40,749 nucleotides of DNA from a virus. Lineage: Duplodnaviria > Caudoviricetes. Below the pieces are notes generated by a model. The model did no database searches. It had not been told where the DNA came from and saw only the letters and a list, made by a program, of their open reading frames with translations. Shown piece after piece: positions 7,838 through 16,466 of the stretch. How positions within the stretch are numbered: the first letter of the stretch is position 1; each line of letters starts with the position of its first letter. Location of the stretch: the IMG/VR virus record IMGVR_UViG_3300029183_000200, positions 1 to 40,749 of that record, one strand, 5' to 3'. The translations under genes were made by a program, and so were the position numbers.

Positions 7838-8436
7838 TAGATGATGTCCTCTGGGATAACCTCGAAGAAACTAATTCGAGCCTGCGCAACGCCTGATGTG
7901 TGGTCGGAAGTAATGCGCAGCTCTAGCGAGTTCTGGTTCCCAAGAATGACAGAGCCTTCCTTGCGGAAGACATGCTCCTCACCCTCCTCCTTGACGTAGT
8001 GCCTGTCAATCTCGGTAAACGTACCTGTCATCGTCGGATTGTTATCATAGGTCGTGACAGAAGCAACGTTCCCCGAAGCCTGGTTCATATTGACCGGCGT
8101 GACTTCTGTGCCGCCCGACGACCTGCTACGCCCAAAACCTAAATCCCAGTAGGTAGCCACGTCTGGAACGGCAGTGCCACCCGCGAAGTCGAGGAACTGC
8201 ATCCTGATATATGTGACGACAACCCACTTTGTAGATGAGGTGTTCTGCAGAGATAGCACTGTATGAGTCGAGTTGTTCACCGAAGCAAAGTCACCCTGAA
8301 CCTGATAGCTTCTGCCATCTGTGAGCGAGACGGCAAACTGTGGTGCTCTTGAAAGAGAAACAACATTTATCTGCCCTCGGGTATTCACCGTAGCAACGTT
8401 GCTTTTCCCGCCACCGTCAAGGATCTGAATAGCCAT
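7837..8436 (-). CDS. putative virion structural protein (paralog of 8437-9027)
   Basis: IxDGxG..VxxRxx N-terminus and NxNxxSxN motif shared with the neighbour. Confidence 0.6.
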   Translation of the reverse strand: MAIQILDGGGKSNVATVNTRGQINVVSLSRAPQFAVSLTDGRSYQVQGDFASVNNSTHTVLSLQNTSSTKWVVVTYIRMQFLDFAGGTAVPDVATYWDLGFGRSRSSGGTEVTPVNMNQASGNVASVTTYDNNPTMTGTFTEIDRHYVKEEGEEHVFRKEGSVILGNQNSLELRITSDHTSGVAQARISFFEVIPEDII

Positions 8437-9027
8437 TTAACTAGTCTCCGCTGTATCTCGCAGGTGACATATCACTGCGGCATAAACTTTTGCGCTCCCA
8501 GACGAAAGCGAAGGGTCATATCGAAGCCCAAAAGCCTTGTTCGGCGGGACAACAAATTCAAACCCTGCAAATAGTCGCCCTGTTCCGTGGTAGAAAAGGG
8601 CGATGTCCGTGCCGCCTGTCAGAGTTTCACCGCTTGCGCCCTTGTAAAACTGGCCCGATAGAGCATTGGCAGAACCGAGGTTTCGGTTCGCATTCATATC
8701 GACATCAACGGCACTAGAAATAACCGTGCCAGCAGTAGGGTCTGAAACCGCATAAAGTTCCCCGCTGTTCGACTGGGACGCGGCTGAACCGACACCGAGA
8801 GCTATCGACTCAATTACAAGATCCTGGTCGTTATCTGTATTCTTGATATAAAGAAGCGATGTCTCTGCCGAAATAGTGACGTTGCCGGTATTGATATTGA
8901 ACGCTTCTCCAAGAAGTGTTGAGTCCAAATTAGGTGAACGCGTAACCCCTTCTATGGAAAGACGATTGCGTGTATCAACACGGACGTGATTACTTGTCCC
9001 AGTACCGTCCCTGATAGTGTCTGGCAT
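8437..9027 (-). CDS. putative virion structural protein (paralog of 7837-8436)
   Basis: IRDGTG..VRVDTRNRL, LYIKN, NRNLGSAN. Confidence 0.6.
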   Translation of the reverse strand: MPDTIRDGTGTSNHVRVDTRNRLSIEGVTRSPNLDSTLLGEAFNINTGNVTISAETSLLYIKNTDNDQDLVIESIALGVGSAASQSNSGELYAVSDPTAGTVISSAVDVDMNANRNLGSANALSGQFYKGASGETLTGGTDIALFYHGTGRLFAGFEFVVPPNKAFGLRYDPSLSSGSAKVYAAVICHLRDTAETS

Positions 9028-9230
9028 CAGACAGTCCTCTCTTCCGTTTCTAGCTGAACGCCAGTAATAATGCTCATCTGCGACTGAAGCCTTTCCAAGA
9101 CCTCGTAGTTCTTACCTGACTCAAGTAAAATCTGTTCAAGCGTGAGCAGCGTCGATTCTCCAGCAACCTTCCGTTCTCCACCTAAATCCATATCACCGCT
9201 CCTTAACAGCCACGAAGTCCAACTGGTCAC
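9027..9230 (-). CDS. small hypothetical protein
   Basis: Operon packing; helical C-terminus. Confidence 0.5.
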   Translation of the reverse strand: MTSWTSWLLRSGDMDLGGERKVAGESTLLTLEQILLESGKNYEVLERLQSQMSIITGVQLETEERTV

Positions 9231-9486
9231 TAGAACCGCCAGAACCCCAGACGTAGATAGAGTTAGCGTCTATCGTGACCGGACTAAAGTCCCAGTTCTC
9301 AGACTCGCCTGCGTTCAGCTTTAACGCTTCGGTGGCTCCGGCTGAAGAGTCATCCTCAACGTAAACAGCACCGGTATTGTCAGAACGAGCGATAAGACGC
9401 AAAGCCATCAACTGAGGAGTTGCCCTCGTAAACAGCTGAGTGGGCGTTGCTGTGACCGCTATTGAACTGATAGTTAAACTGGGCAT
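9193..9486 (-). CDS. small beta-sandwich virion protein
   Basis: A..NTGAVYV....L.AGES pattern common in phage structural clusters. Confidence 0.6.
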   Translation of the reverse strand: MPSLTISSIAVTATPTQLFTRATPQLMALRLIARSDNTGAVYVEDDSSAGATEALKLNAGESENWDFSPVTIDANSIYVWGSGGSSDQLDFVAVKER

Positions 9487-9494
9487 TCACATTC

Positions 9495-10808
9495 CTATGC
9501 CAGCGCGTACTTGCTTGTCAGACCCGCAAAGTCAGATCCGACAGTTGCCTTTGAACCTGCGTCCGTCAGGTCTGCAGACGAGTTGCCGTCGAACATATTT
9601 CCGTCAATAAACACATCCGTCAGACTGGCGTCGTTCTCAATGTTGACTCCAGTGGCACAACTGTAAATCTGATTCCCCTGTATCAAGGTCTGGTCAATAG
9701 TCCCTGAGACGATCTCAATCTGGATACCGTTGCCAGGTGAGTTATCCACGTTCTTGATCTGGTTTCCTGTAACAGTTACATGGTCAGCGTCGATTATGTG
9801 GATTCCACGCGATGCATCAGCAGCACCGTCGAGGATGTTGCCATTAATCAAGATTCCATCTGAGCCTTGTACCCGAATCAAGCTACGACCTGAGTCCTGA
9901 ACAGTACAACCGACTACCTTGAACCCGGCATTCCCATCGCCGTTGATCCGAACGTTATCTGCAGATGTTCCACCAGAGTCGAAGCAATAGGCTCCTGAAA
10001 TAACACCGTTTTCTGAATCCTGGACAAGAATGTTGTGAGAATCGGATGGGCTTCGGTACACGCCGCCGATGCACTGAGACTCGTCGCCTTCCATGAAGAG
10101 GTTGCTCTCTGTGTTCGAGTAGGAGTGGCAGGCGTTGACGATGCAACCTGGGCCGATATGGAATCCGTGGTGAGAGTTGCTGTACGCCCTGCAGTTTGTA
10201 AGCACGGCTCCGTCGTCAGGAGTGCCGATGGTAAATCCGTCCGCTGGCCTGAAGCCGTCTCCGTCTGTGCCTGTCCGCTGACCGGCATCGTGCGAGACGC
10301 AGTTGTTTATATACCAACGAGCACTACCACCTGTATCGTCTATGGAGACAAGGTTGTGGTGCGGCGCGTGGGACAGCTCAACATTGGTCATCCAGAAGTC
10401 TGTGAGGTTCTGGAACCGAATCCCGTGGAAATCTTCTGATGTTGAAAGGCCTCCGAAGTTAAGACGAAGGTTGTCTATTCTGATAAATGAGTTGCCGCCA
10501 CTGGTATCTGAGTTCTGGATACGGTGATACGAACCGTCAACCCATGTCAACGTTGCAGCACGCGGGCCACTACTCATCAACGTGGTGTTGCTTGGGATCG
10601 TCAGCCCAGCAGAGAGTGAAAAGTCATCCCCGTAGACTTCAACCGCACCAAAGCCCTCTGCGGAGGCTTCGTCCAATGCGGCCTGTATCTGAACATCGTC
10701 TGCGGTTCCGTCACAGACGTATGCCGATTTCCTGCGAACCTCGTCTGGCGCGCCAACAGAAGCCACTACGAACTGTGGTTGTGAACGATATGCGTTACGA
10801 GTTGCCAT
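9495..10808 (-). CDS. right-handed beta-helix (pectate-lyase-like) tailspike
   Basis: CDGTADDVQIQAALD N-cap and repeated GN/N-ladder beta-helix coils. Confidence 0.85.
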   Translation of the reverse strand: MATRNAYRSQPQFVVASVGAPDEVRRKSAYVCDGTADDVQIQAALDEASAEGFGAVEVYGDDFSLSAGLTIPSNTTLMSSGPRAATLTWVDGSYHRIQNSDTSGGNSFIRIDNLRLNFGGLSTSEDFHGIRFQNLTDFWMTNVELSHAPHHNLVSIDDTGGSARWYINNCVSHDAGQRTGTDGDGFRPADGFTIGTPDDGAVLTNCRAYSNSHHGFHIGPGCIVNACHSYSNTESNLFMEGDESQCIGGVYRSPSDSHNILVQDSENGVISGAYCFDSGGTSADNVRINGDGNAGFKVVGCTVQDSGRSLIRVQGSDGILINGNILDGAADASRGIHIIDADHVTVTGNQIKNVDNSPGNGIQIEIVSGTIDQTLIQGNQIYSCATGVNIENDASLTDVFIDGNMFDGNSSADLTDAGSKATVGSDFAGLTSKYALA

Positions 10809-12076
10809 TAAGCATCATCTACCCATCTGATTCCGGTCGGGCTGTGTATCCGCCTGCGCCAGTCAATTGCCAACTGCATCAGCCTGTCTGCCTCGATGTG
10901 AGCAGCCTCACGGTTAGAAGCGTTCCTGTCACCTCGCGCACGCATAAGCTGGGCAGTCGCATAGTTGATGATGTACTCAGGGTCTACGTCGCAGGAATCC
11001 GTGTCAGAAGCTAACTCTGTTGGCTTCTTACGTCCTGTAATCCTGAGAAGTGCGTGCCGTGCCTCCCATCGAGCAGAACGCTCAAAGACAAGTTCACGGG
11101 AATCCTTGTCGATATTCCAGAAGTTACGGTGAATGGGAGTCCATACCTCTGAGTTGTCCAGAGTCCCTTCAATACCGTCTATCCAGATGGTCGCTGCACC
11201 GATGTCAGTCGTGTACTTGATGCCGACTGAGATGATGGCGGAATCAGATTCAGGATTCGCAAGCGCAACCCGGCAGCGAGTCCACTCGCCAGCGGTCAAC
11301 GCAGGGAAGTCCAGAAGTTCTGTCTCCGTTCCTGCGCTCGCAGTTGTAGAGAGGATTAGTTGAAGGTCACCAGCAGTAGTTGTAACAGTAGACTTCGCCC
11401 ACCATTCCACATGCGTCATACCTGAAAGGTCTACGGTGCTGACGTTCTCAGATGCAATGATGTCGTTTGCAGCAAGCCCCGCAGCCAGGACAAACTTGTT
11501 CGAGCCAGAGCCTTCTCGGTAGTCCTCGTCGTCCAGAGATGCCGTAACGTCCGTGTCCACCAGTTCAGACCAGACCGCATCAGCGTTGTCTATGTCCTCG
11601 CGGTCGTACCTGTCCCTGTAATCAACCCTGCGTATGCCGACAACAGCGGTTGGTATCGAGTAGGTTGTCAACTTCGTTGAGGTATGGATGGAGGTGTCTG
11701 TGCTAGGTGGCGATGCCTTACGAGTCACAGCGCGTATGGCTTCGTTAATCGCATCGTGAACACGAGCTGGAGGCATGTCCTCGTCCCAGAGTTCGTAGGT
11801 CACGCCAGAGGCAATCGTCGAACCCATCGCTGTTCTTAGGACACCGGTTTTCGGCCCACCTGTGAACTCTTCGACTATGCGGATAGAGCCGTCGTTATCG
11901 CCAGAGGCCTGTACGAAGTGCTTGCCGTTCGCAAATCCGTCACTGTTTGGGAGTTCCGTATCGGCGAACGAAGAGGTTGTACCCGCGGAAGTAGTCGATG
12001 ACACAACGACCGCACCTAAACGGTAGCCAATAGTCTGCCGTATCTGCTTCCTTGTCTGCGCCGCGATGACCGCCAC
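10808..12076 (-). CDS. tail adaptor/tubular protein A-like with inserted beta domain
   Basis: AINEAIR helix and C-terminal DVDPEYIINYATA helix typical of podovirus adaptors. Confidence 0.6.
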   Translation of the reverse strand: MAVIAAQTRKQIRQTIGYRLGAVVVSSTTSAGTTSSFADTELPNSDGFANGKHFVQASGDNDGSIRIVEEFTGGPKTGVLRTAMGSTIASGVTYELWDEDMPPARVHDAINEAIRAVTRKASPPSTDTSIHTSTKLTTYSIPTAVVGIRRVDYRDRYDREDIDNADAVWSELVDTDVTASLDDEDYREGSGSNKFVLAAGLAANDIIASENVSTVDLSGMTHVEWWAKSTVTTTAGDLQLILSTTASAGTETELLDFPALTAGEWTRCRVALANPESDSAIISVGIKYTTDIGAATIWIDGIEGTLDNSEVWTPIHRNFWNIDKDSRELVFERSARWEARHALLRITGRKKPTELASDTDSCDVDPEYIINYATAQLMRARGDRNASNREAAHIEADRLMQLAIDWRRRIHSPTGIRWVDDA

Positions 12077-12078
12077 GT

Positions 12079-12822
12079 TTACTCCTTCGCCAGATCAGGG
12101 TGCTCTCGCTTGTTGTGGTGGTAGAACTTCATGCGAAGGCCAGCCGCGTTCTTGGCGTCCAGTATGTCTCCGCAATTGATGCACTCTGCAGACGCTCCCA
12201 CACCGCTCTCGTTGGTCTCTGCCTCTGGTGCAGGCTGAGAAACCGTAGTGGCTACTCCGTTACCGTTCTGGCTGATAGCAAGCCGGATCAACTCGTCCTG
12301 ACGCCTGCGGTCTTCCTCACGCTCTTTGCGCTCTTCATACTCACGGATAGCCGTGTGCTCTCGCCCGTGCTTCCTGCGGACATGCTGTTCGGCCTCGAAC
12401 GGCGAGATCAGGTTGGACTTCTGGCATTCAGGGAACCCGAACTCACGGGAGACTTCTGCCCTGTCTGAGTCCTTGTGCAGCCAGCAGAGATGCTTGCCAG
12501 ATGCAGGCCGGTAGCCGGGGTCTCGCGTGGTGAACACAAGGCTTCCGGTCTCTGGGTCACGCTTGCGCAGTTGAGCGCGGAGCATGTTGTTGTTCACAAG
12601 CGAAGGATCGCCTGTGCGGAGGTCATATACATAAGACCAGCCTGCGGTCTTGAGTGAGGATGCGCCCATCGCCCCAACAGCGTGCTCGTCTGTCTTGAGC
12701 ACAGTGCCCGGCTTTACAGAGCCAAGATTAGGCTCTTCGGCAGGCTCCGCTTCCAGAACCTGCTGTTCAAGTTCGGTCGTCATGTCCTTCTCTTCGATGA
12801 AGAATCCACCTTTAGTCGTCAT
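12079..12822 (-). CDS. hypothetical protein with Zn-finger-like motifs
   Basis: CWLH..C..HVRRKH and CINC..HHNKREH. Confidence 0.7.
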   Translation of the reverse strand: MTTKGGFFIEEKDMTTELEQQVLEAEPAEEPNLGSVKPGTVLKTDEHAVGAMGASSLKTAGWSYVYDLRTGDPSLVNNNMLRAQLRKRDPETGSLVFTTRDPGYRPASGKHLCWLHKDSDRAEVSREFGFPECQKSNLISPFEAEQHVRRKHGREHTAIREYEERKEREEDRRRQDELIRLAISQNGNGVATTVSQPAPEAETNESGVGASAECINCGDILDAKNAAGLRMKFYHHNKREHPDLAKE

Positions 12823-12824
12823 AT

Positions 12825-13232
12825 CTACGCTCCCTTAAACTGCGGGCCTTTTCGCTTCCTCTGGTCTTGAAGCATCTCGTAGGCGGTTTCAAGTTCCTTC
12901 CGGTCTTCAAACAGTCGTGGTACGTCCTGCGTGTCGAAGCGGGGGTAGCGCGCCTCTTCGATAATCCCCACGGCTTCGGCAACAGTGTGTTCTGACCACG
13001 CTCGACCCTGCTCCATCCCTCCAGTCTTTACCTGTAGTTCAGTAGCACCGGCAAAGTCTTTTGCCAGCCCCAGATCCTCGACGTACTCCGCAATCTGGTC
13101 ATTCCTCCCGACGAGAATGTACCGATACCTGCGAAGACTCCGAGAATCCGGGGCGGGCTTGTTGATTTCGTAGATGAGATAGCAAGGCTCGTTAGGTAGA
13201 ACCCAGTCTGTCCCTGCTACCGCATTACTCAT
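12825..13232 (-). CDS. hypothetical protein
   Basis: Operon packing. Confidence 0.75.
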   Translation of the reverse strand: MSNAVAGTDWVLPNEPCYLIYEINKPAPDSRSLRRYRYILVGRNDQIAEYVEDLGLAKDFAGATELQVKTGGMEQGRAWSEHTVAEAVGIIEEARYPRFDTQDVPRLFEDRKELETAYEMLQDQRKRKGPQFKGA

Positions 13233-13234
13233 CT

Positions 13235-13972
13235 TTAGCGAGTCCAGTCCCTTGCTGCCCTCACCAGGAGGTAGTCAGCGTCTAGAGTCTCAATCGCTGC
13301 ACCAGCTGCCTGAACCATTACGTAGGCAGCAAAGTTGGTCGTGGTTGCAACAGCACCTGCAAGAGTCTTCTTGAGGTCTCCGTTGATGTACCAGCGAGCC
13401 GTTCCGTTGGTGTCGATCTCCACACGGAGGATGTCAAACTCTCCAGCCACAGCATCTACACCTGTAGTCAGGGCTGTTGAGTCAGTCACACCAGCAGACG
13501 TACCGCCGTTGTGAACCGTGTGCCACTCTTCGTCAGAGGTCAGTGCAGCGTCCAAAAGGAAGCCACACAGATCTGAGTCTGAAAGAGTGACCGTTGTGGT
13601 TGCACCCGTTGCCGGGGCGATTGCTGTTGCAGCTGCGTCATCCGAGAACCCGACGAAGATGGTCTTGGTGTCGAGGTCTGGCGCATTTACGCGAGCTTCC
13701 ATCACCATCGTTCCGTTCAGCGCAGGGCTGAAGGACTGGGATGTTCCCACTGCCAGCGAGTGAGCAGCTTCGTTTGTGGTCGTAAGACGGATAACTCCGC
13801 TCTGACCTGTTGCGCCGTTCTGGATCAATGCTCCTGAGTCGGTCTCAGCGATTCCCTGTCCAAAGACTCGAAAATCGCCCAGTGCAACTTCACCAGCGGT
13901 GTCCGCGGCAAGCGTACCCACCGTGAAGTCGTTGTAGAGCATGATCTTGCCGACTGCACCATCTGTAGTCAT
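13235..13972 (-). CDS. putative minor capsid/decoration protein (lectin-like beta sandwich)
   Basis: AGGAG RBS before ATG at 13972; LRVEID..ARWYING; two genes downstream of the MCP. Confidence 0.55.
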   Translation of the reverse strand: MTTDGAVGKIMLYNDFTVGTLAADTAGEVALGDFRVFGQGIAETDSGALIQNGATGQSGVIRLTTTNEAAHSLAVGTSQSFSPALNGTMVMEARVNAPDLDTKTIFVGFSDDAAATAIAPATGATTTVTLSDSDLCGFLLDAALTSDEEWHTVHNGGTSAGVTDSTALTTGVDAVAGEFDILRVEIDTNGTARWYINGDLKKTLAGAVATTTNFAAYVMVQAAGAAIETLDADYLLVRAARDWTR

Positions 13973-14020
13973 CTTGTTTTTCTCCTGCCCCTGCACCGAT
14001 CTGCCGACCGGTTTGAGTGG

Positions 14021-14350
14021 CTAGCTTTCAACAGACAGTTTTGCCTGTTTCTCGTCCTTTGCAGGCTCTTCGTCCTGCTTCTTCAACTTCTTCTTGGCCC
14101 AGCTGACAGGCTTGGATTTAGGGTTTACCTCTTCCTCAGCCTCTGGCTCTTCAACTACTTCTCCCTCGACGACAGGAGCATCGTTGGAACCAGCTACAAC
14201 ACCCTTCGCAATCGAGCCGTCTGCAAGTCGCAGGTTGACCCGGTTGGAAGCAGCATCGTAGATGTCCACAATCGTTGCGTCCTCGTCGTTGTAGGAGATC
14301 GTGTCTCCAAGAGCGACCACGCTGCCATCTAATGTTTTTACTTTTGGCAT
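14021..14350 (-). CDS. hypothetical protein, small beta-barrel-like N-terminus plus charged tail
   Basis: GGAG RBS, follows the MCP. Confidence 0.7.
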   Translation of the reverse strand: MPKVKTLDGSVVALGDTISYNDEDATIVDIYDAASNRVNLRLADGSIAKGVVAGSNDAPVVEGEVVEEPEAEEEVNPKSKPVSWAKKKLKKQDEEPAKDEKQAKLSVES

Positions 14351-14361
14351 CAGGTCACTCC

Positions 14362-15252
14362 TTATGAAGTCGGCGCAGTTGCGTCACCGATCAGCTCGAA
14401 GCCCCAGTTTCCTGCAGACCTCTCACCGTAGGCGTACTCGTCGTAGTGGAACATGCTTGTTGCTCCACCGCCGATGTGCGGCTCTTCACGGGTCTTGACG
14501 TAAGGAACGCGCCCCTGCACAAGCACAAGTGCCTGCTTGTGGAACACGCCACCCTTAGCGTCGCTTGAAGCGTCGATGGTCAGGTTGCCGTCTTCCTTAA
14601 TCATGACACCGCCGATGTTTCCGCGAAGTCCGTTCTGGAAGGTCTGTGTGGCAAGTCCCTGCTCGATCTGCTCGCTCAGAGCACCAGAAGTCGGGTTGAG
14701 AATCTCGTCTTCCCAGTCCTTGATCTGAAAGCCGTGGAACACACCGAAGTATTGATTCTCCGGTGGTGCAGGCTCGGTCTGGTTGGAACTGATGCGGTAG
14801 CGCGCTGCCCTGATATGCCCTGAGGTCAGGGCAGAACCAGCGGCTCCAAGCTGAGTCGTAAAGCCGTCAATAGCGGTCAGGCCGTCTTCGTCCTTCTTGC
14901 GCTCTATGGCGTTCTGCGCAAGTCGCCCGGTTCGAGCGAAGGCTTTTGAACTGATCCGAATGCCGACTCGGTCAGTGATGAGTGTCTGGATACCAATGAC
15001 AGTCGGTTCGACGCTGAAGAGCGTGTCTTCCAACTGCTGCGGGTTGTCCAGTTCTGTGTTTTCAGTCACTGCCTGGGCAGAAAGCTGCTCAAGGCTGATC
15101 TCGTTCCAGACCGTTCCCGTGTTTCGGGCAAGGGTCACACGGTCTACTGACGATGTCATCACCTGTGCCTGCTCACGCACAATGCGCGCCTCGGCAATCA
15201 TCGTAGGTATTGAATCAGCAAGTGACTGGGTCGTGGTGTTTCCAGCGGCCAG
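14362..15252 (-). CDS. major capsid protein (CTG start proposed)
   Basis: Follows the scaffold; capsid-like length and motifs (NAIERKKDEDGL, GNIGGVMIKEDGN, YAYGE); AGGAGG lies 8 nt before the in-frame CTG at 15252. Confidence 0.85.
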   Translation of the reverse strand: MAAGNTTTQSLADSIPTMIAEARIVREQAQVMTSSVDRVTLARNTGTVWNEISLEQLSAQAVTENTELDNPQQLEDTLFSVEPTVIGIQTLITDRVGIRISSKAFARTGRLAQNAIERKKDEDGLTAIDGFTTQLGAAGSALTSGHIRAARYRISSNQTEPAPPENQYFGVFHGFQIKDWEDEILNPTSGALSEQIEQGLATQTFQNGLRGNIGGVMIKEDGNLTIDASSDAKGGVFHKQALVLVQGRVPYVKTREEPHIGGGATSMFHYDEYAYGERSAGNWGFELIGDATAPTS

Positions 15253-15269
15253 TTTCTAATCCTCCTGCG

Positions 15270-16160
15270 TTAACTGAAGCCCATTCGCTTTCGGATAGCC
15301 TGGTACTCTTCCATGCTCACCGAAGGGTCTCCATCGGCAAATGCTGCGATCTTCTGCTGGTCGGTCATGGCTCCGTCAGAACCACCACCTGAGTCCAGTT
15401 GGTTCGCCTCACCGCCTGAAGGCACTTCTGCCTGCTTAACGCTGTTTAGTTCCTGTGATTGTTTAGAGAGTTCCCCGAGACGCTTCGCCATCTCCGTCAT
15501 AGCTTCTGGCGTTTGAGCAGTCCTGAGAAACCGGATGTCTTCTTCTGGGACGCCGTGCTCTTGTGCTAGTGCAACAGCAGCCTGACGATTCCCAAGTTCG
15601 TTGTTCTCGCCCCTTAGCTTCTGAAGTTCAGCCTCGGCGCGGTCTGCACGCTGCTTGTCATCCCATGCAGCTTTGATGAGGTTCAGTTCAACAGCGGCAA
15701 TCCTCTGGGCTTCGTCTTCAGCAAGCCCCTGTGTCTGCCAGTGTTGAGATCGTTCCCTCTGTTTCTGCGCTACTGAGATGTCTAACTGCTGCGCTTCAAG
15801 GACAGCCTGTGCCTGTTGAAAACGCTCTTCTGCAGCCTGTCTTGCAGCAATGTCCTCCTGCCGTTGCTTCTCAATGTCTGAGATGCGCTTGTCCAAGCCC
15901 TGTCGAACTTTGGCAAGTTCTGCCTCATGCTCTTCACGGGCTATGGTCTCAGCAGGTGTTTCTGCGGAAGTCTCTTCGGTCTGAGCCGCCCCATCAGTTG
16001 CGTCAGTAGCCGCCCCTTCTGCTTCAGGTTGCCGCCCCTGTTCTTCTATTGGCTCGTCTGAGGCCAGCGAGACCTCGTTTGGAGCCAGATCAGGAGTTGC
16101 TTCCGTTACTTCGGGAGTTGCATCTTCCGTCTGCGGAGTTGCTTCATTCTGAGTGACCAT
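15270..16160 (-). CDS. capsid scaffolding protein
   Basis: Acidic N-terminus, coiled coil, directly upstream of the MCP. Confidence 0.75.
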   Translation of the reverse strand: MVTQNEATPQTEDATPEVTEATPDLAPNEVSLASDEPIEEQGRQPEAEGAATDATDGAAQTEETSAETPAETIAREEHEAELAKVRQGLDKRISDIEKQRQEDIAARQAAEERFQQAQAVLEAQQLDISVAQKQRERSQHWQTQGLAEDEAQRIAAVELNLIKAAWDDKQRADRAEAELQKLRGENNELGNRQAAVALAQEHGVPEEDIRFLRTAQTPEAMTEMAKRLGELSKQSQELNSVKQAEVPSGGEANQLDSGGGSDGAMTDQQKIAAFADGDPSVSMEEYQAIRKRMGFS

Positions 16161-16171
16161 AAGTTCCTCAA

Positions 16172-16218
16172 ATAAAAAAGCCCTGCCTCGGCTCCACAGG
16201 AGTCGAAAAACAGGACTA
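16172..16218 (-). terminator. terminator-like hairpin in the scaffold leader
   Basis: Minus strand AGTCCTG..TCGACTCC-TGT-GGAGCCGA..CAGGGCT then TTTTTT. Confidence 0.55.
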
Positions 16219-16262
16219 AGCCTTCAAATAGTTAAATTGACCGCACCACGGGCACGATGGCG

Positions 16263-16466
16263 TTAGTTTACATCATCTCCTTTTTCTGTAAGAGTCACAT
16301 GGTTCCAATGTCCGCACTCGCATTGTATCGAGAGCGGGTTCCCCATTACATTCTTGCGGCCTGCCTTCACGACAAGCGCGCCGTTGTGCTCTATCGCGAG
16401 CAACTTCTTTGTGCAACTGATGCACTTGTGGGCTATGCCGGTCTCCTGAACAGAAAATGTGGTCAC
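16263..16466 (-). CDS. Com-like zinc-ribbon protein
   Basis: CISCTKKLL...IQCECGHWN. Confidence 0.6.
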   Translation of the reverse strand: MTTFSVQETGIAHKCISCTKKLLAIEHNGALVVKAGRKNVMGNPLSIQCECGHWNHVTLTEKGDDVN

